Source: Azolla caroliniana
Lineage: Eukaryota; Plantae; Polypodiophyta
Length of the DNA stretch: 64,000 nt
Reading direction: 5' to 3'
Assembly: GCA_043228905.1 (NCBI GenBank)
Contig: JBHGNT010000016.1
Coordinates: forward strand, 5,766,001-5,830,000
Of the stretch, positions 62,251 through 64,000 are shown one piece after another. The notes beneath the pieces are model-generated. The model saw only the letters and a list, made by a program, of their open reading frames with translations, did no database searches and was not told where the DNA came from. A program made the translations under genes and the position numbers. The stretch's first letter is position 1; each line of letters starts with the position of its first letter.

Positions 62251-64000
62251 ATGGCTCTCAACAACAGAAAGAAGGTAAATGAATATGAATGCGATTACTC
62301 ATCCGAAATATCTTCTTCTTCTTCTCCCCACCTCAACAGATTAGCTGTGCTTTCTGCTCATTTTCAAGATGCCAATGTTTCTTCTCATCAAATTCTGGAA
62401 CGCTTTCAAACCTTATCGTCTGAGGATAAAAGCCACAACTCTCTTACAGTTATTGATAACCGCACTGGGAAGAGGTATGATATTCCTATCAGCCAAGGCG
62501 GAACTATCAAGGCCACGGATTTCAAACAGGTACCCACGTCTATTTAAATTTTTTTGGGTTTTAATTATTTTCAAATTATTATGGAAAAACATTCATCTAT
62601 GTCTGCTAAAACATTGTGGGAAAAAGAATCATCTATGTCCCTTTCAAATTATAATTGTATTACATAATTGTGTAAGAAATTATTGTCAAAAACTATTCAT
62701 AATTTCCCTTTTAGATGATGAAAACTATTCATTTCTGTGTATTAAGCAATCATGGAAATCATTCATGTACGGTGTATTAGATTGTGAATGCCCAACATTA
62801 AACTTCCTATATTACTGTATCATCAAAATTGAAAATTATTCAATCTTCTTTTTCAAATTATGGAAGTACTTCATGTCTTATTTTTTGTCTTCCTTATTAT
62901 CTTTAAAAACATTCGTCATATCATGACACAAATTCATTATTTTCTATAACAATATCATGAATGAAGTTCCATCTTTCTTCATTGAAATATCATGAAAACA
63001 TTTGTCTCTTATTTTGCAACGTCCCCAACCATCTAATAATTCATTTTAAGATAATTTCATATTTCTTTTTGAAATCATGATAACGTCATCAATATCTAAT
63101 TCAGTTATCACTAAGACATTCAACATCATCATGTTCTTTTCAAATAGTATAAAAACATTTATCTTTCGCTAATAAATTTTCATGAACATTCTGATGGGTC
63201 ATTGAATTGCCAATATTAAGTGTTTTTCATTCTTATCAATGGTTTTCCTTAATATCAAGATCTTTGGAATTGCCCATTATCAACAAGTTAGGATTTGGGT
63301 AACCATAGTCTCTTTTTGGCAAACCTTTCTGCCCTTTTGAGCAGATAATTGCAGGAGACGATCCCAATGGTTTGAAGCTTTATGATCCAGGATTTCTGAA
63401 TACAGCTCCAGTACGCTCATCTATTTCCTACATTGATGGAGACAAAGGAATTCTCCGGTATCGAGGGTATCCTATCGAGGAGCTTGCAGAGAGAAGCACA
63501 TTCCCGGAGGTTGCTTATCTCTTAAGTAAGTTTAGGACATGGATGCTATTTCATCTTATGTTATGATCATTCATGTGTTAATCATATTCTTCTGCCTTCC
63601 CTAGTGTATGGAAATCTACCAACAAAGGATCAATTATCGCATTGGGAAGCGACAATCACACAACATTCGGCTTTACCCGAAGGTGTATTGGTATGTCTTT
63701 AGCTCATCGTTGTAGTAAATAAACTGATGTGCAAAAAGGTTCTGATTTTAGTTTGCTCATAATGGAGAATTAAGATAAGTCTTGATTATAATGCTCTTAA
63801 ATTAATCATGATTTTAGGTTGCAAATTTGTTGGCTAATCATAAGAACTCTTGGTAGGAATGATTTGAATTCAATGCTTTGCACATCCAATGGTTAAATGG
63901 AGTGGTAATACTTTAATCTACTTATTCAGACTGTCATAGCATCACTCCCACATGATGCTCACCCCATGGGAGCTCTTGTCGCATCAATAAATGTTCTTTC
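62251..64000 (+). CDS. CSY: Peroxisomal/glyoxysomal citrate synthase, first 4 exons (continues beyond window)
   Basis: Exons 62251-62529, 63345-63525, 63605-63690, 63930->64000. PTS2 RLAVLSAHF; '[12 protein letters not shown]', '[41 protein letters not shown]', 'MYGNLP', 'LPHDAHPMG'. Confidence 0.95.

Overview
AT-rich, gene-dense land-plant nuclear DNA with spliceosomal introns. It is probably from a fern or another seed-free vascular plant; this is inferred from the style of the PLS-PPR motifs and a soluble tandem cyclic-nucleotide-binding protein, and is not proven. Genes reconstructed by hand, left to right: 3' end of a young Ty1/Copia element (RT/RNase H, PPT, 3' LTR); a 7-exon uracil-DNA glycosylase (-); a 5-exon plastid-type DUF493/YbeD-like gene (-); SLY1 (+, with a 31-bp first exon the ORF track misses); two intronless PLS-class PPR genes; a ~16-exon tandem cyclic-nucleotide-binding-domain (CNBD) gene almost invisible in the ORF track; a 3-exon EPF/EPFL peptide gene; an intronless Werner-type DEDDy exonuclease; and the 5' part of a peroxisomal citrate synthase. 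Between them lie decayed LINEs, a scrambled chromovirus remnant, a tRNA-derived SINE-like head and many micro/minisatellites. Best leads: (1) the soluble tandem-CNBD protein as a candidate cAMP/cGMP effector, possibly of flagellated sperm; (2) a UNG whose DNA-intercalating Leu is replaced by His and whose N-terminus has four 25-aa copies of an RPA32C-binding-like helix; (3) a possible decayed DYW domain behind a PPR gene; (4) an orientation-consistent GGGTATTTT motif upstream of three genes. All gene models and homologies are by eye; no database searches were run.
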